From the NCBI RefSeq assembly GCF_009914755.1, contig NC_060932.1: DNA of 64,000 nt; one strand, 5' to 3'. The translations under genes and the position numbers were made by a program. Origin of the DNA: the human T2T-CHM13v2.0 reference genome, Homo sapiens. Position 1 is the stretch's first letter, and every line of letters begins with the position of its first letter. Shown piece after piece: positions 32,875-45,500 of this stretch. The notes under the pieces were generated by a model. It was not told where the DNA came from, made no database searches, and saw nothing but the letters and a program-made list of their open reading frames with translations.

Positions 32875-34268
32875 TCAAACTTCAGATTTTTTTCAATGAC
32901 CTATGAAGCATTACCTGTTATGGAGATTTCTCTGTCCATAAACAAATCAGACAGATACATGGAACAATGATGTTCAGACACTGGACAACAGGTAGCACAA
33001 GACAAGGATCTCTGAGATACGGAAAGGAAACAAGGGGAGCTCTGTGATGGTCCCAGCTTAATAATAGGAGGTAGCTCTCAATATATTAAGGGGAAATCAA
33101 AATAATCTGGCATTCTAACTGAGTTGAGGAGATAAGATCAAAATGCAGAAAGGGTGAGTTTGCAGCTATTTGTAAGCAAAAGTACCAAAGAGAGGAAAAC
33201 TGCACAGAGGTAGAGCTTGAGAAATATGCAAAGGAGATCTCTTGAGTGTTTGCCTGAATTCTACTCTGGGCAGGCATGGAGTGAAGTTCCACAGAGTTAA
33301 GGAATTAGCAGAAGACCAAGCAATTTCTATAACTCACACAAGACTGGAAACGGTCTTTGTTCCCATCTACTAAAGTAGAGAGGTATCATTGGGTCCAGAA
33401 TTGGTTCCTTCCAGTGGGTTCTGGGTCTTGCTGACTTCAAGAATGAAGCTGTGGACCCTCGTGTGAGTGTTACAGTTCTTAAAGATGGTGTGTCTGAAGT
33501 TTGTTCCTTCAGATGTTCAGATGTGTCCAGAGTTTCTTCCTTTCAGTGGGTTCGTGGTCTTGCTGACTTCAGGAGTGAAGCCGCAGACCTTTGCAATGAG
33601 TGTTACTGTTGGGAAAAGGCCCCCCAAAATCTGGCCATTAACTGGCCCAAAACTGGCCATAAACAAAATCTCTGCAGCACTGTGACATGTTTGTGATGGC
33701 CATAATGCCCAAGCTGGAAGGTTGTGGGTTCACCAGAATGAGGGCAAGGAACACCTGGCCCATCCAGGGTGGAAAACTGCTTAAAGGCATTGTTAAACCA
33801 CAAACAATAGCATGAGTGATCTGTGCCTTAAGGACATGCTCCTGCTGCAGATAACTAGCCAAAGCCATCCCTTTATTTCAGCCATCATTTTGTTTCCCAT
33901 AAGGAATACTTTTTGTTAATCTATAATCTATAGAAACAATGCTTATCACTGGCTTGCTGTCAATAAATATGTGGGTAAATCTCTGTTCAAGGGTCTCAGC
34001 TCTGAAGGCTGTGAGACCCCTGATTTCCCACTCCACACCTCTATATTTCTGTGTGTGTGTCTTTGATTCCTTTAGTGTCGCTGGGTTAGGGTCACCCTGA
34101 CCAAGCTGGTCTCAGCAAGTGGTGTCCATCGTGGGGGCTCGAATCCAGGTCAAAGGGTCACCAGAGCAACAGTTGGAGAATGTGGACCTAAGCTGGAGGA
34201 CACCCGAGTACTCTTAAAGCAATCCCCATGGTGAGTAAGAAGGGGAGCTCAGAAGCATCAGGGTAACA

Positions 34269-36801
34269 ATGGGACAAGTGTGGGCTCTGGTTCGTTCCAC
34301 TTTAGAACCTTTTCACACTAATGATGAGGAGGAAGGAGAGTATAATGAAGGAGCAGAAGAGGTTAGAGAGCAGGTTTGTTTGCCAGCTAAAACAAAAGCA
34401 GCAAAGGAGGGAGAGGTTCATCCCTACCCTTCTGCATCCCCTCATTATTATTTTGAAGAAAAAGAGTGGCCTGACCCTCCAGATCTTTCTTTTCTGGAGG
34501 ACACTGGGCAAAAAGTAGTTGCCCCAGTGACTGTTAGAGCAGCACCTCCAGTGACTACTCTCAGTTCTATTCAGGCAGGAATTCAGCAAGCTAGATGAGA
34601 TGGTGATACAGAGGCTTGGCAGTTCCCTGTTAGAGTACATCCCCTAGATCAACAGGGAAATATTATAGCTACATTTGAGCCTTTTTCGTTTAAATTACTC
34701 ACAGAATTTAAACAAGCTATTAGTCAGTATGGACCAGGGTCTCCTTTTGTAATGGGACTGTTAAAGAATGTTGCTTTTTCCAGTTGGATGATTCCTACTG
34801 ACTGGGATCCTCTTACTTGAGCTTGTCTAACTCCTGCTCAGTTTTTACAATTTAAAACTTGGTGGGCAGATGAAGCTTCCATTCAGGCTGCTCGCAACAC
34901 CCAGGCCCAACTTCAAATTAATATAACTGCAGACCAGCTTTTGGGTGTTGACAGCTGGGCAGTTTTAGATGTACAAGTGGTCATGCAGGATGATGCCATA
35001 GAACAGCTTAGAGGAGTGTGCATTAGAGCTTGGGAAAAAAAGTCACTTCAGGTGCAGAACAATACCCTTCCTTTAGTGCTGTAAAACAGGGACTGAAAGA
35101 ACCGTATGTGGATTTTATAGCTTGGTTACAGGAGTCTCTTAAAAAGGTAATTACAGATTCGGCTGCACAGGATATAGTGTTTCGGTTATTAGCTTTTGAC
35201 AATGCTAATCCTGATTGCCAGGCTACTCTGTGACCTATTAAAGGGAAAGAACATTTAGTTCATTATATCAAGGCCTGTGATGGTATCAGAGGTAATCTGC
35301 ATAAAGCTACTTTGTTGGCACAGGAAATGGCAGGACTGAGAGTGGATAAAGGAAATACTCTGTTTCCTGGAGCTTGTTTTAACTTTGGGAAGCATGGTCA
35401 TACTAAAAAAGAATGTAGAAAAAATCAGTGAGTCAGGCTGCCAGATATGGAAAAAAAGAAAACTGCTGAGTCTGAAATATGTCCAAAATGTAAAAAAGGA
35501 AAACATTGGGCTAATCAGTGTCACTCTAAGTTTGATAAAGATGGGAACCCGATTTCAGGAAATGTCATAAGGGGCCCATCCTGGGCCCCTTTCCAAACCA
35601 GGGCATTTCCAGCTCAGGCCATTCCCTCACCCCTGTACAATATCTGTCCCCCACCACAGCTGGTAGTGCTGCAGTAGATTTATGCTGCACAAAAGATGTG
35701 AGCCTTCTGCCTGGGAACCCCCGCAGAAGGTTCCAACAGGAGTCTGTGGACCCTTGCCAGCAGGGACGTTAGGATTACTTCTAGGCAGGTCTAATTTAAA
35801 TTTAAAAGGGGTAAAAATACATACAGGAGTCATTGATTCAGACTACAATGGGGGAAATTGAAATTGTTATATCTACTTCTGTTCTCTGGAAAGCAAAGCC
35901 AGGAGAGCGTACAGCACAGCTCCTGATTGTGCCGTATGTGGAAATGGGGAAAAGTGAAATGAAATGAACAGGAGGAGCCAGGCTCGGTGTCTCATGCCTG
36001 TAATCCCAGCACTTTGGGAGGCCAAGGTGGGCAGATAACAGGGTCAGGAGATCAACACCATCCTGGCTAACACAGTGAAACCCCGTCTCTACTAAAAAAT
36101 ACAAAAAAAATTAGCTGAGCGTGGTGGCAGGTGCCTGTTATCCCAGCTACTGAGGAGGCTGAGGTAGTAGAATGGTGTGAACCTGGGAGGCGGAGCTTGC
36201 AGTCAGTGGAGATTGCCCCACTGCACTGCAGCCTGGGTGACAGAGCAAGACTCCATCTCAAAAACAAACAAACAAACAAAAAAATGAACAGAAGGATTTG
36301 TAAGCACAAATACACAAGGTAAAGCAGCTTGTTGGGTGAATCAAATTACTGATAAACATCCTACCTGTGAAATAACTATTCAAGGAAAGAAATTTAAAGG
36401 TTTGGTAGATACAGGAGGACATTTCAATCATTTCTGTACAGTAGTGGCCATCCATGTGGCCAATTCAACCCACTCAATTTAACACAGTTGGAGTTGGCAA
36501 AGCCCCTGAAATATATCAAAGTAGTTATATTTTGCACTGTGAAGGGCCCGATGGACAACCTGGGACTATTCAACCAATTATAACTTCTGTACCTATAAAT
36601 TTATGGGGGAGAGATTTGTTACAACAATGGGGAGCACAAGTTCTAATTCCAGAACAATTATACAGCCCTCAAAGTCAACATATGATGCATGAAATGGGAT
36701 ATGTCTGTGGTATGGGACTAGGAAAAAATTTGCAAGGTTTAAAGGAACCACTTCAAGGGGAAAGACAAAGTTCCTGCCAAGGTTTAGGATATCATTTTTG
36801 A
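34269..36801 (+). pseudogene. HML-3 gag-dUTPase-pro (disrupted)
   Basis: ORFs 34269..34598, 35447..35677 (CPKCKKGKHWANQC) and 36454..36801 (NLWGRDLLQQ, G-patch). Stops and an Alu insertion interrupt it. Confidence 0.9.
35977..36281 (+). mobile_element. AluY inside the HML-3 dUTPase
   Basis: Y-diagnostic accatcctggctaacac, agaatggtgtgaacc, ggcggagcttgcag. TSD aaatgaacag(g/a)agga at 35962-35976 and 36282-36296. Confidence 0.94.
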
Positions 36802-39800
36802 TGATGCCATTGTTAAGTCTCCAGAACCTATACCTTTAAAATGGTTAACAGAAAAGCCAATTTGGATAGAAGAATGACCACCGAGTAAAGAGAAACTGAA
36901 GGCTTTAGAGGACTTAAAATTGGCCTTTAATAGTCATAGATTTAAAGACTGTTTCTTTACTATCCCCTTAGCTGAGCAAGACTGTGAAAGGTTTGCGTTT
37001 ACAATTCCTGCGGTAAATAACCTGCAGCCTGCTAAGAGTTTTCATGTTCCACAGATGGGTCTAGTAAAGGTAAAGCTTCTTATTCTGGCTCAAAAACTAA
37101 AGTTTTCCAGATGCCCTATACTGCAGCTCAAAAAGCGGAGCTTGTAGCTGTAATTGAGATATTGATTGCTTTCAATATGCCTATTAAAGTGATTTCTGAG
37201 TCTTCATACATGGCTCATTCCACACAGTTAATTGAAAATGCAGTTACGATTTCATACAGATAATCAACTGATGACAAAAACAAAAAAGGGGGAGAAACAG
37301 GGATTAAGGGGCAGTTCACACACAATTGAATCTAGCATTATTAACTTTAAATTTTTTGAGCCTGCCCAAAGGCCAGATGTTATCAGCAGCTTAACAGCAT
37401 CTACAGAAACCAGCTGCAAAGACAGAAGCAAAACAATTGGTTTGGTGGACAGATCTGATAACAAAAAGTTGGGAAATAGATAAAATAATAACTTGGGATA
37501 GAGGTTATGCTTGTGTTTCTCCAGGCCAAAATCAACAGCCAATTTGGATACCATCAAGACATCTGAAAACTTATCATGAGCCAGATGCTGAGGAAGAGAT
37601 TCCAGGAGCATCCCAAGGACCTCTTGGTTGCAGCCATGTCGAGGCTGATGCTGAGGAGGACCCCAACTGTCATGTGCAACACCCATTGAACACAGCCTCC
37701 CACCTGGGGACAGATCAAGAAACTGTCACAGATGGCAGAAGAAAACCTGAGGAAAGTGGGGCAAACAGTCACAATGAGTAATTTAATGGTAGCTATGACA
37801 CCGGTGATCACCATTGCCATGAGTATTCCTTCAACAAGGGCTGACACAGAGAACAGTTATACTTATTGGGCATATTTATCAATCTTGGCTGGCAATAATG
37901 CCTGAATGTAATCACTCCGTGACACAGTTACACATGCTTTCTGGTCTCAGTATTTACCATAATAAATCTGCTCCTATAATTGAGGCATACTGCCCTCAAA
38001 AACCTATTTGTAAACAAAATAGAACCTGGCCAGAAATAATGAATGTTCTTGTTTAGGAAGATTGCATTGCAGAACAGGCAGAGGTGCTGTGCAACGATTC
38101 CTATGGAATCATTATTGATCGGTCCCCTAAGGGGATGTTTAGCTTAAATTGCACCACTCAGTCTGTGTGCCATGGCCACACTATGTTCAGCTGGTCTGAA
38201 CAAAATGGTCAGATGGTAGAAATGGAAAGAAGTATGGCAAGAATTCTATTATCTGGAACCATGGCTGTATAGTGACACCTCAACCTCAAATGATATGGCC
38301 TGCTCTAGGAGCTTAATGTAAGGATTTGTGGAAACCATTAATAGCTCTTAATAAGATCAAAATTTGGGAAAGAATAAAAAAGCATTTAGAAGGACACTCT
38401 ACAAACTTGTCTTTGGATATTGCAAAATTAAAGAACAAATATTTAAAACATCCCAGGCACACCTGACCTTAATGCCAGGAACTGGAGTGCTTGAAGGAGC
38501 TGCAGACTGATTAGCAGCTAGTAACTGATTAAAATGGATAAAAACACTGGGAAGCTCTGTGATTCCAATAATGATTGTACCTTTAATCTGTGTTGTTTGT
38601 CTTTGTATAGTCTGCAGATGCAGATCCTGACTCCTGCAAGAAGTAGCTCACTGTGACAAAGCTGCCTTTGCTTTTATCACTTTGCAAATCAAATAAGGGG
38701 GACATGTTGGGAACAGGACCGCCCCCCCCCCAAAATCTGGCCATTAACTGGCCCTAAAACTGGCCATAAACAAAATCTCTGCAGCACTGTGACATGTTCG
38801 TGATGGCCATAATGCCCACGCTGGAAGGTTGCGGGTTTACCAGAATGAGGGCAAGGAACACCTGGCCCACCCAGGGCAGAAAACCACTTAAAGGCATTGT
38901 TAAACTACAAGCAATAGCATGAGTGATCTGTGCCTTAAGGACATGCTTCTGCTGCAGATAACTAGCCAAAGCCATCCCTTTATTTCGGCCATCCTTTTGT
39001 TTCCCATAAGGAATACTTTTAGTTCATCTATATTCCAATCTATAGAAACAATGCTTATCACTGGCTTGCTGTCAATAAATACGTGGGTAAATCTCTGTTC
39101 AAGGCTCTCAGCTCTGAAGGCTGTGAGACCCCTGATTTCCCACTCCACATCTCTATATTTCTGTGTGTGTCTTTAATTCCTCTAGTGCCACTGGGTTAGG
39201 GTCTCCCTGACCCAGCTGGTCTCGGCATGTTACAGCTCTTAACTGTGGTGCGTCCAGAGTTGTTTGTTCCTCCCAGTGGGTTTGAAGCCACAGATCTTCT
39301 CAGTGAGTGTTACAGCTCTTAAAGGTGGCATGTCTGGAGTTGTTTGTTCCTCCTGGTGGGTTTGTGGTCTCGCTGACTTCAGGAGTGAAGCCACAGACCT
39401 TCGCAGTGAGTGTTACAGCTCATAAAGGTAGTGTGGACCCAAAGAGTGAGCAGCAGCAAGATTTATGGTGAAGAGTGAAAGAACAAAGCTTCCACAGGAT
39501 GGAAGGGGACCTGAGAGGGTTGCCACTGCCGGCTTGGGTGGCCAGCTTTTATTCCATTGTTTGGCCCCACCCATATCCTGCTGATTGGTCCATTTTATGG
39601 AACACTGATTGGTCCATTTTACAGAGTGCTGATTGGTCCATTTTTACAGAGTGCTGATTGGTGCATTTACAAACCTTTAGCTAGACACAGAGCACTGATT
39701 GGTGTGTTTTTACAGAGTGCTGTTTGGTGCATTTATAAACCTTTAGCTAGACACAGAGCACTGATTTGTGTGTTTACAATCCTGTAGCTAGACAAAAAAG

Positions 39801-39949
39801 TTATCCAAGTCCCCACCCAATCCAGAAGCCCAGCCGACTTCACCTCTCAATCCCCCCTCTAAACAGGACATCCTAACTGCTGTTGGGAATTGGGGGATGA
39901 CCAGTCTAGCTACTTCCTGCTGGATAGGGGCAAAGAAGGGGCCCTGCAG

Positions 39950-41721
39950 TTATAGTGTCCTCCAGAGGGGAACTCTTTAGGCCAGTGAAAGGGTCAGTGG
40001 GTCAGTCCAAGAGTCCTTGGTGGAAGATGTTAGTTGAGCTCATTTGGCATTCCATTTGTGAGACCATCTGTAGCTTGATGGCCTTGATCCTAGAGGAAAC
40101 AAATTTGACAAAGAGGCTAAAAATACAGGGCCTGAAGGTGAGTAATAGCAAGATGGCTGCCATGGGACCTAGGAAGGGGAGAAGCCATGTTACCAACCTC
40201 AGAAGTTGGTATAAGAATTTGAAAGGTGTTGTCTGATTTCAGAAGCATTTTCCTGTAAATGTTGGGCAGCATCTCATACTATCCCTGACTGGTTAGTGTA
40301 AAAACAACACTCTTCCCCTAAGAAGGTGCAGAGTCCTCCTTTCTCAGCAGTGAGGAGGTCTAGGTCTTGGTGATTTGGAGAGTCACTGCTGCCAAAGAGT
40401 CTATTTGGGATTGTAGAGTAAGGATAGATTTCGTTATTTCTTGCAAACTGTCTGAGAAATCCTTTGAGAGTGTGTGGTAGTAGGATAATGAAGTAGATAA
40501 ATCGGCTATTCTGGTTCCTGTAGCAGTAGCCATTCCCAACCCTATAAGTAGAGGTATTAGTTGTATGGCTCTGCACTGATGGACTTGAGCTTTGAGGGGT
40601 ACCGATAGGGTCTGATTTCCTGGGGCAATGTTAATGTTGGGACTTAGAAAGACTAAGGTGCAGGTGCCTGTCCAGTTAGTGGAGAGGCAGATATAGGTCA
40701 ACATTCCACATAAGAATATACCTTGGCTGGGTAGACAGAACTGGTTGTGTATGTTAAAAAGGTGTGTGACTTTGTTGTTTTCATTTTCCCATACTCCTAG
40801 AGTACTTGCCAAGGTAGCTCTGCTGAGCAGCTGGAAAAGAGTGTTGGGAGTAAACTGAGTGGCTCCCTGTGTTCTATTTTCCCATTGGAGAAAAAACCAT
40901 TTTGTATCTACTAGGAACCATTAGAGAGAGTGATTGAAAGAGGGGATGAGAAGGCATTCATTAGTGGTGGGGGCCCTGCTGCAAGGGGTCCAGGGGTGAA
41001 TGTTCAGGCTGGGAGTAAGTTTGCCATTATAAAACCTGGACTGTTCGTTAAGCAGGGAGGAGGTGATGATTTTTGCGGGCCCTGAGAAGTAGACAAGCCA
41101 TCTGAATGGAGCTCTTTGGGTGACTCAGAAGTTACTATGATCAGTTGGGGCTTGAAGTTGTAGAGTGTAATTACACAGATTGGGTAGTAGGTGCCCCAGG
41201 GGCAGACCTGATAACAGGTTGCGTTGGATGCATAAAGGGGCTTGGAAAGTTAAGATCGTATTCATGGTAACAGGGCCGTGTATGGGCTTTTCATTGCTTG
41301 TGTAATAGGTGAGGTTGGAAATGTAAGAACATAAAAGTTGGATTGCACATCTTGTTAGGGTATTCTTGGCCCTATCAGAGATGGAGAAGTTGGCTAATGA
41401 TTGCATATTTAGAAGTCTGAAAGGGTCTTTCCCTTCGTAATGAGGGTGGTAGGTTAAGTTGTTAAAGACCCAATGTTTTGTGGGAATGGGAGTGGCAACG
41501 TAAGCAGAGGTTGATAGAGAGACACAAAGACAACAGTCATTTGCCAGGGAAGGATTGGACTGGTTTAACAGAGAGTGGGTTAAGTTGAGAGTCTTGTAGA
41601 GGCAATTAGGAGCTAGTGGAAAGGGAGGGGTGATTGTATGAGGTATCCAAGGAAGCAGGAGGTATAGGTAAGCAAAGAGTAAATAGGAAGGTAAAGAGTG
41701 TGCTCTGGAAGACGAAATCAT
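39950..41721 (-). pseudogene. HERV9 env (frameshifted)
   Basis: Signal peptide and CxxC (DCCLC) in 41125..41721. Fusion peptide [12 protein letters not shown]. Immunosuppressive domain broken by a frameshift. [20 protein letters not shown] (CX6CC). TM WLLPFLGP. Confidence 0.92.
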
Positions 41722-41949
41722 TTTATCCAGGCTGAGTTAAAGGTAGGAGTAAATTGCAGTCAGAAGGAAGGAAGATAGAAATAAGGTTGATGTGATTAGG
41801 ATTTTTGTCCCAGCAGGAACTACAGTATATAGCCCTATCACAAAGAGTATGGTTAGTATGCTGCTTAATAATATAATGAAATAGTAAAAGGATTCCATTA
41901 AAGGGGTAAGGAGGGGTGTTAAAGATAAAGATTATGTAGGTTTTCACTT

Positions 41950-44900
41950 ATCTTTTTTAAGGAGGATGGAGTTTTTCTTCAGGATCAGTGGTAGGAGCCT
42001 TTTTAGTCTGGGATATTTCCTTCTGAAATAGGAGATGCAAGTCCTCTAATGGTTCTCAGGTTTATCGAGGCTGGTCTGGCTGATCTTGGGACTCCTGAGC
42101 TGACAGTCCCACAGGTTCCTCAGGGGGTGTCCAAAATTTAACTCAGGTGTGGTGAATCCAAGATTCCACTCCTGCCACCTTAACTGCAGTGGGGGTAGAG
42201 AGGATTACCGAGTATGGTCCTTCCCACAGAGTCCATAGATGGGGAGGTAGAGGGGAGAGATTTGACCTACGCTAGATCTCCTGGTTGAAACAACTCTGTT
42301 CCCTTTTCTCTGGACATCCTTCAGAGCTATCCCTGCTCTCTCTGTGACATAGGTTTTAAAGGTTTTGTTGATATTTTGAAGAAGTTATATCTTTGACCAT
42401 GTTGGCCATATTCTGATCAAGTAGGAGGTCATTTGTGAGAAAAGATCATCCATACAGCATTTCATATGGACTGAGCCCATTTTGCAAGGAAAATTTTGGA
42501 TTCTCAACAAGTCCATGAGGAAAAGAGTAGGCCATGGGAGATGAGTTTCTTGTGTTAGTTTCCTTAAGTGCCTCTTGAGTGTTTCATTGGCCTTCTCAAT
42601 CTTCCCTGAGGATTGTGGCCTCCAGGTGCAGTGAAGGTGATATTGTATCCCAGCGCCCTGGAAATTCCCTGAGTTATCGTGGCTTTAAAAGTTGGACCAT
42701 TGTCAGTCTGTAAGCTTTGGGGAAGCCCAAATCTAGGAATTATTTCATGAATTAGGACTTTAATCACTTCCTGAGCCTTCTCTGTCTTGCAGGGGAAAGC
42801 TTCTATCCAATTTGTAAAGGTATCAACACAGACCAACAAGTTTTGAAATCCCTTTGACTTAAGCATATGGGTGAAGTCTAACTGCCAGTCTGCTCCAGGA
42901 TAGTGACCTATTGTTTGTTCCCCCAAAGGGGGCTTACGATGGACCAAGGGATTACCCCTTTGGCACACCTCACAGGCTTTGACTACCTGTCAGATGGTCT
43001 GGAGGAAATTTGGCCCTGTAAATAGGGATTTGGCCACTTGATGAGTGTTTTCAATACCCATATGAAAAGTTTGGTGGAGGGTTTTAAGTATTTTCCACTG
43101 GCTGTCTTTGGGTATAAGTACCTTTCCTTCTTCTGTCATTAACCACCCTGAGGGGAGAAAACTATGCCCCCGCGAAAGTTCCCATTCTGTTTCAGTTGGG
43201 GAATACTGGGGCTTAATCTCTTGTAGGGGGTTGTTCCATACCAAGGGTCCTTCCATAGGTATTTCTAATGGGAGGTTTTGCCTGGCAGCAATTTTGGCCC
43301 CAGCATGTGCCTGACTGTGTCTTTCTGCCTTTTCTCCTTCATCTTTCTGATAGCTTTGGCAGTGTAAGACTGCCACCTCCTTGGGTTTTTGCACTGTGTG
43401 CCATAACTCCATAATTTCCTTGTGGTATTTAATGGGGGTTCCCCCAGAGGTTAGGAACTCTCTTTCTTTCCATATTGCAGCATGGGCATGTAGGATTAGA
43501 TAAGCATACTTGCTATCTGTATACACATTTATTCTTTTTCCCTTTCCCAGTTCTAATGCTTGGGTAAGTGCCACTAGTTCTGCTAACTGGACGCTGGTCC
43601 CAGGGGGAAGAGGCTTACTTTCAAGTATGGTTACATCACTAACTATGACATAACCTGTCCTTCATATCCCATTCTCCACAAATGAACTTCCATCAGTATA
43701 TAGGTTAAGGTCAGGATTAGCTAAGGGGACTTCTAACAGATCATCTTGGGTGGCATAAGTCTGGACTATAATTTGTTGGCAGTCATGCTCGATGGATTCC
43801 CCATCCTCTGGGAGAAAAGTGGCAGGGTTGAGGGCCACGCACATATGTATTTGAACCACCGGTCCCTCAAGAAGTACTGCCTGGTATCTAAGTAGATGGT
43901 TGTCTGATAGCCATAAACTTCCTTTGGCACCTAGTGTGCCATTTACATCATGAGTAGTCCAGACAGTGAGATCCTTTCCTTGTATTATTTTGATAGCCTC
44001 TGACACTAAGAAGGCCACTGCCACAACTACCCATAAACAGTGAGGCCAGCCTTTTGCTACTGCATCAATTTCCTTACTTAGGTATGCCACTGGTTGTGGG
44101 GTTGTCCCACGAGTCTGAGTAAGGACTCCAAGAGCTATCCCTGCTTTCTCTGTGACATATAAAGAGAAGTTTTGTCCTGTGGGAAGGCTTAAAGCTGGAG
44201 CTTGTACTAGGGCCTGCTTTAAGGTTTTGAAGGCTGTTTCTGCCCCTGGTTCCCATTCTACTAGATGAGTATTTGCCCTCTGGGTCTCCTTGATTAGAGT
44301 ATAGAGGGGCCCGGCTATCTAGCTGTATCCGGGGATCCATAGTCGGCAAATCCCCATGATTCCAAGGAACCCCCACCACTGTTTTAATGTCTTAGGGTGA
44401 GGATAAGCCAGTATAGGCTGTATTCATTCCTTGCTGAGCACCCTGGTCCCTCTGGCTAAGATTAGGCCTAGATATTTGACCTGCTGTAGGCAAAGCTGGG
44501 CCTTCGACCTAGACGCCTCATATCCTTGATTAACTAGAAAGTTCAAGAGATCTAGAGTAGTCTGCTGATACGAGGCTTCCGAACTGGTAGCCAAAAGTAA
44601 ATAATTCACATACTGAAGGACCAGAATGCCTGGACTTAAGAAGTGGCCTAGATCTTGTGCCAGTGCCTGACCAAACAGATGAGGGCTATTCCTAAACCCT
44701 TGGGGCAAGACTGTCCATGTAAGTTGGGATGTGTGGTCTGTGGGATCCTCAAAGGCAAAGAGAAACTGGGAGTCAGAGTGCAGGGTAATACAGAAGAAGG
44801 CATCCTTGAGGTTCAGAACCGTGAACGATTCTTCTTCCTCTGGTATTTGAGAGAGCAGGATATAGGGGTTGGGTACAACTGGATACAGAGGAATTACCAC

Positions 44901-45500
44901 CTCATTGATTAGTCTAAGATCTTGCACTAGTTTCCACTGACCATTCAGTTTTTGTACTCCTAGAATTGGGGTGTTGCAGGGACTGCTGCATTTCCTTACT
45001 AAGCCTTGAACTTTTAAATGTTTAACAATATCCTGTAATCCTTTATGAGCTTCAGGCCTTAAGGGATATTGCCTTTGATAAGGAAAAGTGGTGGGGTCTT
45101 TTAGTCTGATTTGGACTGGGTGGGAATTTTTGCCCTTCCAATTTGTCTTCCCAATGCCTAGACTTCAGGTTTGATTCCCTCCTCAAGTAAGGGACAACAA
45201 ATGGGTAACTTGTACCCCATATTCATGTAGATAATAGCTCCAGCTTTGGCTAATATATGCCTCCCTAATAAGGTTGTGGGGCTTTCAGGCATGACAAGAA
45301 AGGCATGTGAAAAGAGCAAAGTCTCCCAATTACAACTGAGGAGGTGGGAGAAATACCTGGTTACAGGCTGTCCCAGGATTCCTCAGATGGTAACAGACCT
45401 TGAGAACAGTCATCCAGGACAGATTAACACTGAGAAGGCCACGCCAGTGTCCAGGAGGAAGTCAATTTCCTGGCTCTCAATGGTTAAATGTACCTGGGGC
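41950..45500 (-). pseudogene. HERV9 pro-pol (disrupted)
   Basis: RT QDLR..LKDAFF..LPQGF..LQYVNY (YVDD lost). RNase H YTDGSS/YTDSKY. Integrase WQLDFTH..VDTF..DNGP. Confidence 0.93.

Larger units (their letters stand above)
33607..39227 (+). mobile_element. HERV-K(HML-3)/HERVK9 provirus with MER9 LTRs (33607-34117, 38705-39227), internally deleted
   Basis: 6-bp TSD tgttac (33601-33606, 39228-39233). Lys-like PBS at 34120-34137. Gag MGQVWALVR with two zinc knuckles, dUTPase, LVDTG protease, G-patch MGYVCGMGLGK, pol and env remnants, PPT aaataagggg. Confidence 0.95.
33390..39849 (-). mobile_element. HERV9 3' LTR12, split by HML-3 (pieces 33390-33606 and 39228-39849)
   Basis: Both pieces align to the 5' LTR and rejoin at the duplicated tgttac. 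Confidence 0.93.

Noticed and set aside
34120-34155. tRNA-like sequence gggctcgaatcc
   Set aside because: It is the HML-3 primer-binding site and adjacent leader. There is no full cloverleaf.
39950-41721. Possible syncytin-like intact env
   Set aside because: It is split over at least four ORFs, the furin site has decayed (HQCR), and the immunosuppressive domain is frameshifted.
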